A stretch of DNA of 64,000 bases from Octopus sinensis. Taxonomy: Eukaryota. Shown here piece by piece: positions 1 to 14,209 of this stretch. The stretch is from contig NC_042999.1 in assembly GCF_006345805.1 (NCBI RefSeq), forward strand, positions 47,492,001 through 47,556,000, in the 5' to 3' direction. The translations under genes were made by a program, and so were the position numbers. The notes beneath the pieces were generated by a model. The model had not been told where the DNA came from, made no database searches, and saw nothing but the letters and a program-made list of their open reading frames with translations. Position 1 is the first letter of the stretch. The number at the start of each line of letters is the position of its first letter.

Positions 1-743
1 CGTTGCTCCTTGACACATTACTTTTCAATAGTATGAAGACTTGTAAAAATATAACTAACAAGATGTTTAGATATGTACACGCACATACAAAGACATCCAC
101 ACAGCCACACACACATATACACATCGCACATGTATATATATATATATGTGTGTGTGTGGGTGTTTGTGTGTATGTATATATTTGGCAATATATATATATA
201 TATATATATAATATATATATATATAGATATATATATATTCATATTTATAGTTAAATATGCGTCTCTGCATATATCCACATGTACATATACATGTATATAT
301 ATATATATATGCATATATATTATGTGTATGTGTGTGTGACAGTATATATAGCATACTAATCATTTCATTGATTTTGTTATTGTAGCCATGCGTCATACAT
401 TTATTCTAGTTTTCTATTTACAATTTTTCAGACCTTTCTTTTCTTTGTGTTACTTTGACTGCCCACCCATAAATATCTTTCCTATAAAGGTCATGTTTTG
501 CTTTTCAGAAACCACTTACGCCAAAGAGATTTGTCTCAGAAGTAAAATCATTAATTAAGATATAATTCTGTATTTTATACGTTTACATCTGGTGTCTATA
601 CACACAGCTTAATTACAGCAGCTGTACGTGGGTTGTATCTAATTTCTTTTGAAATCTGCCGTAAGTTCTCGTAAACAGTGAAGTAGTTATACATATGTAC
701 GTGCGTATACATACACACACACACGCACACACACACATGCGCG

Positions 744-774
<31 letters not shown>

Positions 775-816
775 GTATATATATATATATATTTACTTAC
801 ATGCATACGCACAGAT

Positions 817-848
<32 letters not shown>

Positions 849-859
849 CGTGTGTATGA

Positions 860-1600
860 AAAAAGCCGCTCCATACTATAATGCTGCATTAAAAAGACCC
901 AACTTTAAGAGTAACATATACTACATTGAACCAAATATAAATAGACCAAGAAGACGCAGTTTAACCTACCTTATGACATGATGTAACTACTAACATAACC
1001 AGCTAATTCTTAAAATTAATAGAAAAAACCGCTTTCCCCATCCACACAAAATCCACAAGACCTTCAACAGAAATTGTGTTAAACTTAGCTGTAGTTGCCT
1101 CCCTATTATAAGGTTAATAATTTTGAACCACAATAAATATAAACATACAAGAAACACTGAATGTCAATGCAACGTTAGATCCCCAAACCACTGCTCTCTA
1201 CATAATATCTGTCTCGAGAAAGCACATGTATATAAGGCCAAAATCGCGGACATCAACGGAGTAACAAATACGTATTTCGATATCACGGGCAACTCGTTCG
1301 AGGAAATGTATACTCAACACCTGGCATCATTCAAAGACAAAAAAGAGCATGCGACATTCCTGTCAAGTATGACATTGAATGAAGGGGCATAAGCAGCCCC
1401 AACATAAAATGGAAAATTATTGCAAAAGACTAAATATACAGGGGACGGGGTACCAGATGTGAACTCTGTGTTACTTAAAAACTAAACATTACGCAATCAA
1501 CAAATAGCATCCTAGACTTTAGGGTGAAACCGCCTCTCTCTGCATATACAAGCAATACTTCACACTCAAATACTTAAATGAAAGAGAAATACAAGAGGTA
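860..1600 (+). mobile_element. Degenerate Penelope-like element, RT C-terminus plus GIY-YIG endonuclease (Naiad-like motif pattern)
   Basis: Broken translation KAAPYYNAALK...HKIHKTFNRNCVKLSCSC...CQCNVRSPNHCSLHNICLEKAHVYKAKI...TYFDITGNSFEEMYTQHLASF...WKII...CELC, matching the PLE CxC-x-CPL/VY..YIG..F..R..H..SF..W.I..CxLC pattern. Contains stops and frameshifts. Confidence 0.85.
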
Positions 1601-1859
1601 AATCATTCAAAAGATGACACCAAAGAGTAACGTCCCTTGATTCGTTGTTTAATCACGGAAGCTGGCAAGCATCGCCACGAACTACAAGGATTTCCCACAA
1701 TGGAGGCGAATAGCTTTCTGCATTTGATCGGCTTGAAAAATTGTTAAGGCTAGAGGCTATTTTCCTGTCTTTCTTAACATGAAACGAATGGTAGCCTTAA
1801 TTCGCAACAAAAGAAATTATATCCACCAAGCCGTGTTGAGCACTCATTTTCATCATTAC

Positions 1860-1934
<75 letters not shown>

Positions 1935-1950
1935 AATATATATATATATG

Positions 1951-2069
<119 letters not shown>

Positions 2070-2239
2070 ATATATATTTAGATAGATAGACAGATACGTA
2101 TAAATATATATGCATAGATATATACACATATACGTATGTATTACGTTACATTTACATTCACTTTTTCTGGCACACTGCATTTACTGTGAATGGTATTAAT
2201 TTTACTCTCACTTCCAACCGAATTCATAACTTTTGCTTT

Positions 2240-2620
2240 ACTTTTTCGTTCCTACCACGAAATTTGTTCATCTGGGACCACAGCTGAAAATTTCACCAGA
2301 TACATCAACATTTGCATCTGATATATCTTCCTGTTTTCTAGCAGAATGTAAAGGATTGAGAGCGTTTGAAACTTACTTCACTACATTACATGATCCTTTC
2401 GGTTCATTGACAGAACAGGTCATTTTTACTAAGCAGGCGTGTACAGATCGGTTGTTTACATAACTTTCAATCAAAAAGCTGTGACTGAGACCTTCTAGAA
2501 TCTTCCATATATATTTACTACTGCATATCTTTCCCGTCGTCTTTCTATTGCGTAGAGATTTGGGTATTTAGCCTTTCCTAGTAGCTCATCTGTTGCACCA
2601 AGTCAATCTTTGTTTAGTGG
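2240..2620 (-). mobile_element. CR1/L2-group LINE ORF2 C-terminal remnant
   Basis: Minus strand reads MSY*ERL..NLYAIERRRERYAV..IWKILEGL...IESYVNNR...VPDEQ, the typical CR1-group ORF2 tail. Frameshifted. Confidence 0.75.
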
Positions 2621-3214
2621 CGAATGTTGACGACTGCGAAGCATAGTGTCTTACGACGTATCACGTACAGAAAGGACATGATTGTTAACCAATTAAATGG
2701 CCGTATTGTTTTAGTAAAATAATTGAAAAATATCCATTATTTGTTAAAGATTAAATGAGGCATAAAGTATCTCCTCAGAGAAAAATAAAATTTAGTGCAA
2801 ATCAATGCAGCTCGAATTTGCTTTCGTTTGTTTAAAAGATATAAATAGACATATAATTCAGTTTAATTTTTCTTTCAGTATATTTCCCCTATATTACCTC
2901 ATGATTATCTTGATAGTCTTATGACTTATAACTATGAAGGTGCATGTTCGTGAAACTTTTATATCTATATCGGATTCTAGGGAGAAGAACTGTAACCAAT
3001 GCATATTAATTCAAAAGATTGATACATTTCAAGCTCGAAATGCAATGATACAGAGCTTCTAGTCTGAATTACTGCTGATTTAAATTTTATAAATATCAAA
3101 TAATTAAGTTGAAGTTATCCAAACTGTTCTAATAAACATACATCGATGCATACATCCATACGTGTGTATAGGCCCATATACAAAACATACATATATAAAT
3201 AATATGTGACAAGA

Positions 3215-3395
3215 AGTATGCATTGCACCTTACTCTAGTGTCTTCTACTAAAGCCTCGGGCCGACCAAATCCTTGCTAGTGGAATTGTTAGAAGGAAACT
3301 AAAATACAGAGGTTCATCGCATACATATGTATATGAAAATGTGTGCGTATCTTTCTGTCTGAGCTTGTACCCCATCATCACTCAACGACCAATTA
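3215..3395 (+). mobile_element. Fragment of an abundant SINE (same family as 57772 and 58790, opposite strand)
   Basis: gtgtcttctactaaagcctcgggccgaccaaatccttgctagtgga..ttgttagaaggaaact is the reverse complement of the motif at 59090-59145. Confidence 0.65.
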
Positions 3396-3433
3396 CCTCT
3401 ATCTATCTATCTATCTATCTTTCTATCTATCTT

Positions 3434-3465
<32 letters not shown>

Positions 3466-3492
3466 GCTATCTATCTATCTATCTATCTCTCG

Positions 3493-3537
<45 letters not shown>

Positions 3538-3639
3538 CAATAATAATAAGGGTAAAATTAATTAATTAGTAATTAATAATTTTACCAAGCAGTGTTCAGT
3601 ATGTAAAAGGACCATTTACGGTAAATTTAAACATTACTT

Positions 3640-3796
3640 TATATAATTAGGGTTCAGCAAAAAAATTTTACTTTACCACACACCGAACTTTTCGAAATAG
3701 CAGCCAAACAATTTAGCTATTTCCCCTACTATAAGAAGAGTCTCCCTGTTCGGTGTGTGGTAAATTAAAATTTTTTGGTTGAACCCTAATTATATA
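3640..3796. repeat. ~49-bp inverted repeat with a nested 8-bp hairpin in the spacer
   Basis: 3640-3688 tatataattagggttcagc...accacacaccgaac pairs with 3748-3796 gttcggtgtgtggt...gaaccctaattatata, with about 3 mismatches. The spacer contains gaaatagc/gctatttc. Confidence 0.9.
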
Positions 3797-3803
3797 TAGT
3801 GAT

Positions 3804-3849
<46 letters not shown>

Positions 3850-5293
3850 TATATATGCAGGTGGATTACGAGAAAAGTAAAGCTGAAACAGAAGAATGGC
3901 AAGATGTGATAGAAGGAAAGCAGAATGAGGGAGCGGGTGAGTGACCAGATCACTGAATGAAAGTACAAATGTTGGGTCGAGAGAGGAGAAGTGTAAGATT
4001 GTTCGTATTGTGAAAGGATGTGCTGTTTGTGGGTATGTTGTTAAATATATGTTTATTAATCAAGGATGACAGAGGCTATGGTGAACTAGAAAAAGAGAAA
4101 ATGAATGAAGTAGGGAGTGCCGATGGACTACCGAATGAGGAGGTCTATTGAGCTAAGGAGGTAGATACAAGCAAATAAAATGTGAGGGTGGGTATTGAAA
4201 TAACAGAGACGGTAAGTATTTAAATTGTAGCCAGGAAGTTTAGGGGAAAACTGGGAGAAAATAGTGGTGTAGAGGCAGAGAAAGAATACTGAATCAAGGT
4301 GAAAGAATAAATAGAGTGAGGGAAGGATAGACTAATAGCTATGACAATGTGTAAGTATAGCTAAATATTGTTAATTTATTTGCAAGAAGATACATACTTA
4401 TCGGCCGCTTTGGCATGGACATCATCCCAGCAGAGTGTATGGTGTTAGTATTATCTAATTGTTTTCTTCACTTTTCCACTTTTATGTATATAAATTCTCG
4501 CTTTTTTGTACTAGCGTCCAGATTTGCAAATTGAGTAGAACGTGCTCAAAGACTAAGATTGCTGGAGATCCAACATGTGTTATAAAAACATTTCCACAAT
4601 TGTAGAAATTCTGATAAGTCTACAGGAAAAATGTCTTGGAGTTGGAGGGTCACTCTTTCAATTCTATCAAAATGTGCTTGATAAACCAACATTTACATGC
4701 AATTATGTATAACTTTATGTGAATACTTCCAGATTATCAAAAAGAACATATCTAAAGTCCTCTTTATAGTTTATAAAATTAATATGATGTCAACAGCGAA
4801 ATTCTCGCTGGTATGAATAAAGTCACTAAAATGGATAGAAAAATTCAAATCCGGGCTTCGCTGCAATTACAGAATTCCTGTCATGGCTTCAGGAGATGGG
4901 CATTAGAGTCCGATAGGGACCATCTGATATCTGTTAGCAAAAAGGTTTTTCATTCGAATATTCACATCACTTTCTCTTAGCTATATGTTTGTGAATAATG
5001 CCAATATGTGTATATATATCAGTTAATGTCGATATGTGTACAAATACATTCATCTATGTCTTCTTAGAGTGAGAAAGGCAAACACACACACTCATACGCA
5101 AACTTAGATACGTAAAATATGTGTATCTTTTGTGCGTATGCATAATTAAGCATGTTGATATCCACACGTATAAATATATATATACACCTATATATATACA
5201 TAGATATACATACATATATATATATATATATACATAATGTTATATATATATATATTATATATATATATATATATAATATATATATATATATAG

Positions 5294-5326
<33 letters not shown>

Positions 5327-5593
5327 ATATATATATATATACATATACATGATGATAAACAGATTATATAATTGTGAGCGTTATATATATATATATGTAT
5401 GTATATATATATGTGTGTGTGCGTGTGTGTATACCTTTAGGGAGAAACTTAGAAATTTGCATATATAATTTATATATATTTGTGTATATATATGTATATT
5501 ATATACATTTATAATACGTACACGAACACACATACACACGCACATAACACACACACATATACACACACACACACATATATATATATAATATAT

Positions 5594-5626
<33 letters not shown>

Positions 5627-6037
5627 GCGTGGTGTATATACATATATTCTTTCATACAACCCAAGCACACATAAAAGCATTCATATTGATCTACCTATAG
5701 TTCTTGCATGGAACTTGAGATAAATAAATTTCTTGCACAAATGTTTCTTTATTGCATTTCTTTCAACTGTTCTTGTTTTCTCCTTTATAGAAGGAAAGTT
5801 AAACAGACAAGTAGCAATTATTTCTGGTTACATACGTTAGGCTGTTTTTATCAAAGTTTATATATGCACAATACTCACGTATAACTTGAATACACGCCCA
5901 GGCATGCATCTATACGCATAAAAACAAGTATACACATACACACAGAGAATAATGCTCATACATGAATACATGCATATATATAGGCAGAATTAAACATTTT
6001 ATAATATATTTGTGTATATGTATAATGAGTCATATAT

Positions 6038-6091
<54 letters not shown>

Positions 6092-6667
6092 GTATATATA
6101 TATACATATATATATATACGCACACACACACAAACTTACACACACAAAGATATATACATATATACATAACTATAAATATATATACATATATATACATATA
6201 TATATATATATATACATATATATATGCATACATATATATATATGCGGCCAATATATGTGTACCTCTATCTTTACACAGCAATGACCCTTGTGCAAGATGT
6301 CTTCAAAGAAGAGCTAGCGTATGTTTCATTGCATTTTTTACCACATTTTCAGTGGCACGCTACTAGAGGAGATATACTGCACTAAGACACATCTAGTAAT
6401 TTATATTCTTTACTAGGTTGGAAAAACGTCAGAAGACTTTTATCTCGAAAATAGATATACTTTTTATTATTTTATGTTTGTGTTCATTTTTATTGTTGCT
6501 GAAGGTCTGCAACAATTCTTGAGTTCCTTACTCCTTCTCTCTCATTCTCTATGTCTCTTCCCATATATGCGTACACACAGACACACACACATATAGATAC
6601 ATACTCAGGATTAAAAATAATGATAATGATAATTTTAATAATAATAATTTAAAGAACACTACTACTA

Positions 6668-6750
<83 letters not shown>

Positions 6751-6766
6751 TATTATTATTATTATT

Positions 6767-7004
6767 CTATGTTTGACTTTTGCTTTATATTTGTACAAGT
6801 TGGCTCCAAGTCTCACCCAGAGACCTCAAGAGACAACAGGTTGGAAGTTCATGTTGTTGTTATGCCTAGTGTGCCATATTTTTGGGGGTTTGGTGTTGTA
6901 CTAATGAATGTCTAAAAAAAAAAAAATTTTTTAACCGAAAATTATGTTTGTTTTAAACCTTGAGATTACATAGAAAGTATTTTGCGTAGGATATGAGCAG
7001 TTCC

Positions 7005-7007
<3 letters not shown>
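6767..7007 (-). mobile_element. R4/Dong-type non-LTR retrotransposon 3' end in a (TAA)n tract
   Basis: Minus strand encodes MGTAHILRKILSM* followed by a 3'UTR very similar to 49206-49443. Flanked on both sides by (TTA)n. Confidence 0.85.
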
Positions 7008-7055
<48 letters not shown>

Positions 7056-7390
7056 CATATTTTTAGATGTTTCTTACAAGGTTCTGTAATCTTATACAGC
7101 CAAATAACATTTTTTAGTTGAGCTACAAATACTTTTAATATGGACAAAGCTAATTCATATGTATTCGAGAGTAATGATAAGTACTTTATGCAATAAAGTT
7201 AGTAAAAATCTTTTTCTCCTAAAAGTGTAAATATATTCCAAGAATTCAGAAAATTAGATGAGATATATCTGGAATATAAACTTTAGGTATTTAAGTGGTG
7301 ATAACTGTGGCTCGCCGTTTATTCAGTTGCATTTATATACACGTATATATATATATATATATATATACATATATATATACATATATATAT

Positions 7391-7424
<34 letters not shown>

Positions 7425-7426
7425 AT

Positions 7427-7460
<34 letters not shown>

Positions 7461-7586
7461 AATTTCAACAATATTAAGGAATGGCCCTGATAGGCCATTC
7501 GATCCACTAGAAAGAGCAGCCAAACTCAAACCACCAAATAGTTGTAATTCTGAAACCAAAGGAGAAATAAAAACATTTACCCTTAT

Positions 7587-7684
7587 CCTCTTTGGACTAT
7601 GCATAGTTTCGATACTTTGGTAAACCAATTAAATTAAATTAAATTAAATTTGTTCACATCTGGCCTGTCTCGTCAGCAAAGAAG
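7587..7684 (-). ncRNA. Type-I hammerhead ribozyme-like motif (canonical core)
   Basis: Minus strand: cttctttg-CTGACGA-ga...tc-GAAA-ctatgcatag-TC-caaagagg. Stem I is 8 bp (one G-U), stem III is the palindrome ACTATGCATAGT, cleavage triplet GUC. Stem II is weak and expanded. Confidence 0.7.
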
Positions 7685-7704
7685 CCCCCCCCAAAAAAAA
7701 AACA

Positions 7705-7744
<40 letters not shown>

Positions 7745-9160
7745 CTTATATAACTTTAATAGTAAAATATGTTATTTTGGGATAAAATGAGAAGGGTGCA
7801 AGAGTGTTAGTGTGAAGGAAATAAGGAAGAGTGCTTGAAGCCAGAGAAGAAGAGAACAGAGTTATGTGAGTGACAAATTCAATCAGTTTACAAAGCAATG
7901 TCGTGGCAGACAGACGATAACTGATGAAAACAGCGTTTCTGTGTATTTTTCGGGTATATGTATGTATGCATGTCTCACGCTCCTAACTTTAAGGATTTAG
8001 ATTAAAGCTTTACGTTAAAAACATGTATACACACACACTTATGATACTACGCACACGAATTGATTAAACTAAACTTTTTTCATCAGTCATTAGTTTTCTT
8101 TGTCGACACAGCGAATCAAAGACATAAAGGAGAACACGTTCATCAATTCTTGAGTTCTAATGATGGCAAGCATGTTTAGCTTGCGCAAGTAAGAAATTCC
8201 TTAAATAACTGTTAATGCTATATGCAGTGTTGCTTGGTTCTATTCCAATATCCTGAAAAGGGAAGTTCTTTGGAATCGCATTTGGTGTCCGGTATTCGTG
8301 TGGACGTAATTTTACATAGAAATCACTTTTACATACATGACCAACAGCAAATAATTGCCAGAAACCTGCAATATTGAGTTAAGTAACTCACTTCACGTCA
8401 GTGGTCTATGTCGGCATTTCTATTTGTATTGGTAATCGTCACATTTTTTCAATGTAAATGCTGTGACATTAGTCTATAGCTAGGTGTGTAATAGAGGAAG
8501 TGGGTTTTTATCTTTCCCTCGTTCAGATATTCCTTACTACGCAATTTGTACCATAGGCGTCCTTCCTTCATTATTTGATGACATTTTTCTCCAGTAAGGA
8601 ATAATGCCAAATGTCCTACGAAGAACGAAGGAGAACCACTGTGAATTTTTGAAATGTGCATTTGCGTTATGTTTCTGGACACATGAACCTGAATGACAAA
8701 ATCGGTTAGAACAGAACTTGTTTCAAATTTTTAACATTTTGCCGACCTGTGGTCATCTATTGATCTTAATGCACCATGTTCAAAGTTAATCTACTGAACG
8801 TTATTATCTTCTAACACTAGAAGCTAAACAGTCATATTTATTTGGGAGATTGGACATTATGCTAAATGCGAATGAAGGCTGCCGACAAAGTATCTTATTA
8901 CTCCATTATATTGAAGATTTAAGAAATCAGATTAACATTATTACAATCTAATTAGAGTTCAATCTAACGAAAGCTTTACAGACCTTAAAGTTTGCAGTAT
9001 ATATGTGGGCGACGAAATCTTTCTCATTAAAGCAACAGGAACTGGACCTAAATGAAATGTTCGTACAGATGACTGCAATAAGATGTGACACACTTTAGCA
9101 TCAAAAAGCAATATCCCTATTAAGAGAGAAAGAATTTAATGCATGAATCAAGAAAAACTA

Positions 9161-9726
9161 TTGTGTTGTCCGGAATGTTCGCACCGATATTTAAAGGAAA
9201 GAAAGAAGCCAATAAATACTTGCCATTACATTTTTGATCAACCAAATATGAACCATTTTGTTGCACAATGCGTCTCCTCCTTTCCTTTAACTTGAAAATA
9301 CCCTCTTCCCAGAACTGAGGTGGTTTCATGGCAAACAATTCATCAAGGTATCTTTTTACGTCATCCAAGGAATTGAAACTTTTACCATTAAGACTATTCT
9401 GCAGAGACCTGAGTAGGTGGAAATCCGAAGGTGCAATATCTTGTGAATATGGAGGGTGAGGTAATGCATCCCAGCCGAGCTGCAACAATTTTTGTCTGAT
9501 TCCCAAAGGATCAAGTGCTGAAAATGAACTTTCGTATCTTCTATTTTAAAGGGTTACAGAATTAACACATATTATAGGAACATAAAACTCCACCCACGAA
9601 AATATAGCTTAAACTGTGCTCTAAATTGAAGTGTAGTGAAATCCTATTTTATAGACTCAACCTTGTTCTAAAATAAGTCGAAATGTAAGCTACTATAAAT
9701 CGGCACGAACTTTCCGGACAATCCAA
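9161..9726 (-). mobile_element. Internally deleted mariner with both TIRs and a TA TSD
   Basis: TIRs ttgtgttgtccggaatgttcgcaccgat and atcggcacgaactttccggacaatccaa, flanked by TA. The N-terminal EDTKVHFQHLIL joins directly to the C-terminal LGWDALPHPPYSQDIAPSDFHLLRSLQNSL (YSPDLAPSD motif). Confidence 0.92.
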
Positions 9727-10619
9727 TATTAAACAACGAGTAATGCACATACGACTTGTGAATGTAGATGAATATATTGTTACTCTTCTCAGTATTCCCA
9801 GATAAAACATTTGTGATGGAAAAGATTTAGTAGATTGAACCTACAATGACATCTAATCACTACTTATTTTTTCGACTAGAAAAGTGTTCATTGAAGTCAA
9901 GGCATTGCAACAAATAAACACTATGACATACTTAATCTTTTGACCACCTTGTTTCCCAATTTGTCAACTTATTATCCAGAATAAACGGAAAAATATTTAT
10001 AGAGTAATTGAAAATTGAGATACTGATACGACGCTACTGATTCGTGGAGTCAGGACAATCGATTTAACGGCCTCTGTTACTTGACATGACTATTATTATT
10101 TATCGAGACACAAATTATGAAAATCAGACCCGATAAGATTGATTTGAACTGAAAATCTAAAGAGATCTCATAAAAAGCGGCAATAGATTTAGTCTGACAA
10201 AACAAAAATTCAACCTCTTTAAGTATTTTTATGAACATAATTTCCTTATATTGACAGAAACCTGCCAATTTATTAAGAAGTTGATACAGAAACTAAATCG
10301 ACAGTAATATGCCATTGTTATGGATGGCCCCAGTCATATCGTCCCATAGCCTGAAGCGAATTAGCAACCCAACTATGCATGGATATGATGCACGTGTGCT
10401 CAAGAATTGAATCTCATGAATTTAATTTGGTACTATGAAAGAAAGGACAACATTTCTGTGTATGTACAGTCATTAATTAGCTACGTTATGTACTTCTGAG
10501 CTCAAGGCAATGAAAGATCATATCTACTTTTATCTTTACTTCAAGGAATTGACTTTAGGGTAGTCCCAACGTTCACCCCGTCACAGAAAACGAGAGCCAT
10601 ATTAAACTGTTTTGTACTG

Positions 10620-11745
10620 GTGAAGAATTAAAACATGATGGCTGCATATGTCGGAAAGGTATTTATCATACGTGTGCTCTATGTATGAGACCTATCACGA
10701 GGTGAGATTGAAATAAACTAAAAGCAAATAAATTAAAAACTGAAATAAACTATGGGAACAAAAGCCTCTGCGTAGTAAATATGTGGACTGTAGCAAATAA
10801 GCTGATGTAAACCAGAAGCACACTCATCACTTGATACGGTTCTCAGTGCTACAGGCAGAGAGTGAATGTTTTACCTTGGCTGCCCCAGATCAGAGAGTAT
10901 TGACCCGGAACTACCAAGCCAATGTGATGAAATAGGATGTAGACCCAAAGTACCGATGCTGTAACGATGGGTTAGAAACAAGGGATTACCTAATCACTGG
11001 ATGTAAGGTTTTAGCACCTGTAGAGTACAAATCATGACATGACAGGGTTGGCCAATATATACATAGGATAATGTGTCGGCATTATCAAATTTAAACTGCT
11101 GACAAATGGTACAAGCACCACCCTGAGGCTGTAACTGACATAGAAAATGTAACTATTATTTGGGATTCCCCAGTATGTAAAGACTGGATCATCAAAGGAA
11201 ACAAACGAACAAGATATTGTTGTGAAAGACCAAAACAATGGAGGCTCTTTATTGATCGAAATGTGCGTAGTCTGTGACCATAATATTTCGGCCAAAGAAT
11301 TTGATAAGCTCAGGAAATATAAATATTTGCAAATTGAAATTGAAAAGATCTAGCATCTGAGGACGGTTACAATACCAGTGATTGTAGGAGCATTTTAGAA
11401 TGATCAAAAAAGGAACTGAAAATTATTTAAGAATGATCCCTGGCTTACCATCCACGCAGGAAGTGCAAAAGATTATCATAACTGGTACGTCACAGATATT
11501 GAGAAGTGTCTTGTCCCTGCGAATTTTCTTTCCTCTTTCCCTTTATTTAATTTGTTTAAAATTTAATTAAAAAATATTTTCTCCCTGTGTTCCTTTTTTC
11601 TCTATCACACGACTTTGTAAATGAACAATCTGGTGTGTTTATTTTGATAGCCTTACCAATGTATTAGGTACGTTTCTCTGCGCTAGGTGTTAGGAAGTCA
11701 CTCAGCAAGAAGTGTAACCAGAATTGAAAGATGATGCTAATAAAA
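10620..11745 (+). mobile_element. R4/Dong-type LINE remnant (CCHC zinc knuckle plus restriction-like endonuclease)
   Basis: FTLAAPDQRVLTRNYQANV...CNDGLET.DYLITGCKVLAPVEYKS*HDRVGQYIH...WYKHHPEAV...IIWD...DIVVKD...KEFDKLRKYK.LQIEIEK...IPVIVGA...IPGLPS..EVQKIIITGTSQILR. Ends in a TAA-rich tail. Confidence 0.88.
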
Positions 11746-11875
11746 ATAATAATGATAATAATGATAATTTCATTATTAGTCAGAAATGGTTTACATGAAG
11801 ATAACACAATAGCATTTCAAGAGATGTGATTAGACAATACTATATATCTCAGTAAATACTTGTTTCATTATATTA

Positions 11876-13902
11876 CACTGTATAACAACAAAAAATTACG
11901 CAAGGTTGAGTAAGTATTTACTTGAGGTAGTTTGGTTCGTAGATTCAGAAGTTGAACTTCGTTTTACCGTCTCACCCACAGTTTTAATGCAAATTACTAC
12001 TTTTTCTCTTCAGTAATTCAATAATTTAAAAACAATTTTGTTTGTAAATCCGCTAAAGATTTTCTTTAACAGGATTTTTTATATAGCTAAATATTCATGT
12101 AATAACTCTAACAAGCTTAAAAGGAATCGCAAAAATTCTCCAGATCGGTTTTGTTACGTTTGTGGAAATTATGTGATTAAAAAACATCGGCTAAGTCTCA
12201 CCGCGCATACCAAAATATTTTACCATCTGCACTTAAAATGCAGAGTCGGAGGCCAAGATAATAATTGAGCACCTCACATATGTTGTAAAATCTGTTCAAA
12301 TTCGCATCCATCATCCAATTCAGAAGATTCAGATGACACAAATGCAGGTTTTAATGACTCATTTGAACTTGCACAAATATCATCGGAGGCATAGTGTTTA
12401 TAGTCAGCCTGAATTTATAAATTTAGTACGGCATCTACGTTTAACAAAACAGCAAAGAGAATTACTCGCCTTTCGGCTTCAAGAGAAAAGTTTACTAAAA
12501 AAGTACGGAAGTATTTAGAGCTCGTTCTGATAATTTGCAGTGCCATTCTTCAATGGAGAAGAACTTGTGTTTTTGCAACAATATTTAGGGATTGTTTAAT
12601 GACCTTAATATTGTCTACGACCTAGAAGAATGGACATTCTTTATCGATGCGTCTCTATGCAGCACTAAGTCTGTTCTCTTACATAATGACAATACTTTTC
12701 CATTGGTACCCACTGCACATAATGTAATTTTAAAGGGACCCGACGAAACATTGGTTATATATTAAATAAAATACACTACGATGAACACGAGTGGGTTATA
12801 TATTCTGAATTAAAAGTATTTGCACTATTAAATGGACTGCAAACAGACTATAGAAAATACATGTGCTTCCTTTGTTAATTGGATAATAGGACAAAAACAG
12901 TGCACTATATCCGTTGAGAATGGCCATCACGGATGTACTAACACCAGGCTCACATAATGTTATTCGGGAAACTCTTGTCGAAAAATAAAGAGTTCTGTTG
13001 TCTCCACTACACATTAAATTAAGTATCATGAAGCCATTTGTTAAAGCTCTAAAACACGAACAGTCAGTAATTCAGTATATAAAAGGCACGTTTCCTAACT
13101 TAAGTGACACTAAAGTAATAGAACGCATCATTGTCACACTGCAAATTCGTTAATTTATGATTGACAGTGATTTTGTTTCAACTATGAATGCAATAGAGTT
13201 AAAAACTTGGCATAGATTTAAGATCGTTTGCAATGATCTGCTTGGAAAACGAAGAATTGAAAACTACAGAACGTTCGTAGACGAATTAATTCGATCATAT
13301 CAAATGCTAGGTTGTAATATGTCTTTAAAAGTTCACTTTTTTATATTAGCATCTTGATTTATTTTTTCCCGGAGAATGTTGCAGATGTAAGCGATGAACA
13401 TGGAGAAAGATTCCATCACGATATAGCTAAAACTGAAACTAGATATAAGTGTAAATGGAGTCCTGCGATGCTTGCAGATTCCTGCTGGAATCTCCGATCT
13501 GATGAACCAAATGTTAAACATAAAACGAATGTGAAAATATAGACAACAATAAACTGAAACAGAGTCTCTTATAAATGATTGTTCTTTTCCCCATTCTTGT
13601 ATATATAAGGATGAGTCTGCGTAAAGCAAATACGTTTAATAAAGAAAAAAAATTACTTAAAACTCATAAAATTAGCCAAACTTTTGTGATTTAAACTAAT
13701 ATACTAAAAATATATATATCTTCATATATTAAACTTTAATAACAGTCACTATAAAGTTTATTTGATTAGAATATATAAAGTAAAGTATTTAATTGCCATT
13801 TGCTAAAAGTTGGTGGGTGATAGAGAAAACCTGACTGCAGATTCATGTTGAGCACACCCGATTCCATAAAGATAGCATAATAAAACAAAATGTTGTACAG
13901 TG
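11876..13902 (+). mobile_element. End-to-end Chapaev3 (CMC superfamily) DNA transposon with a pseudogenised transposase
   Basis: Termini CACTGTATAACA (11876) and TGTTGTACAGTG (13902), with a TTA TSD on both sides (11873-75 and 13903-05). Translation NSPDRFCYVCG...APHICCKIC...SQPEF.NLVR.L.L.KQ..ELLA.RL.EK...LSPLHIKL..MK.FVKAL...LGCNMSLKVHF..FFPENVADVSDEHGERFHHDI...RYKCKWSPAMLADSCW. Confidence 0.88.
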
Positions 13903-14209
13903 TTATCAAAGGCAAACATAATCGTCGAAGAAACTGAATCCAGAATTTCTAGAACTGGAACATATACCGCATAGTAAGTTTCCCAACAAGAGCTTTCATG
14001 ATTCTGCCGATCAGCTGAAATTCCAGATACCTAATTTAGGCACAACGCTATCAGTTTTGGGGATAGCCCTATTCCATAATATCATCTCCTTATGCTTACA
14101 TATATATCTATGAATACATAAATACTTATACTCACACACACACACACAAAAAAAAACATTCGTATCTATATGTATTTACAAAAGTAATCACTTACACGTA
14201 TATGTAAGT

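Noticed and set aside
4430-4930. Possible APE-endonuclease relic on the minus strand (SDFI...RTLDMFF)
   Set aside because: The similarity is too weak and fragmentary to call.
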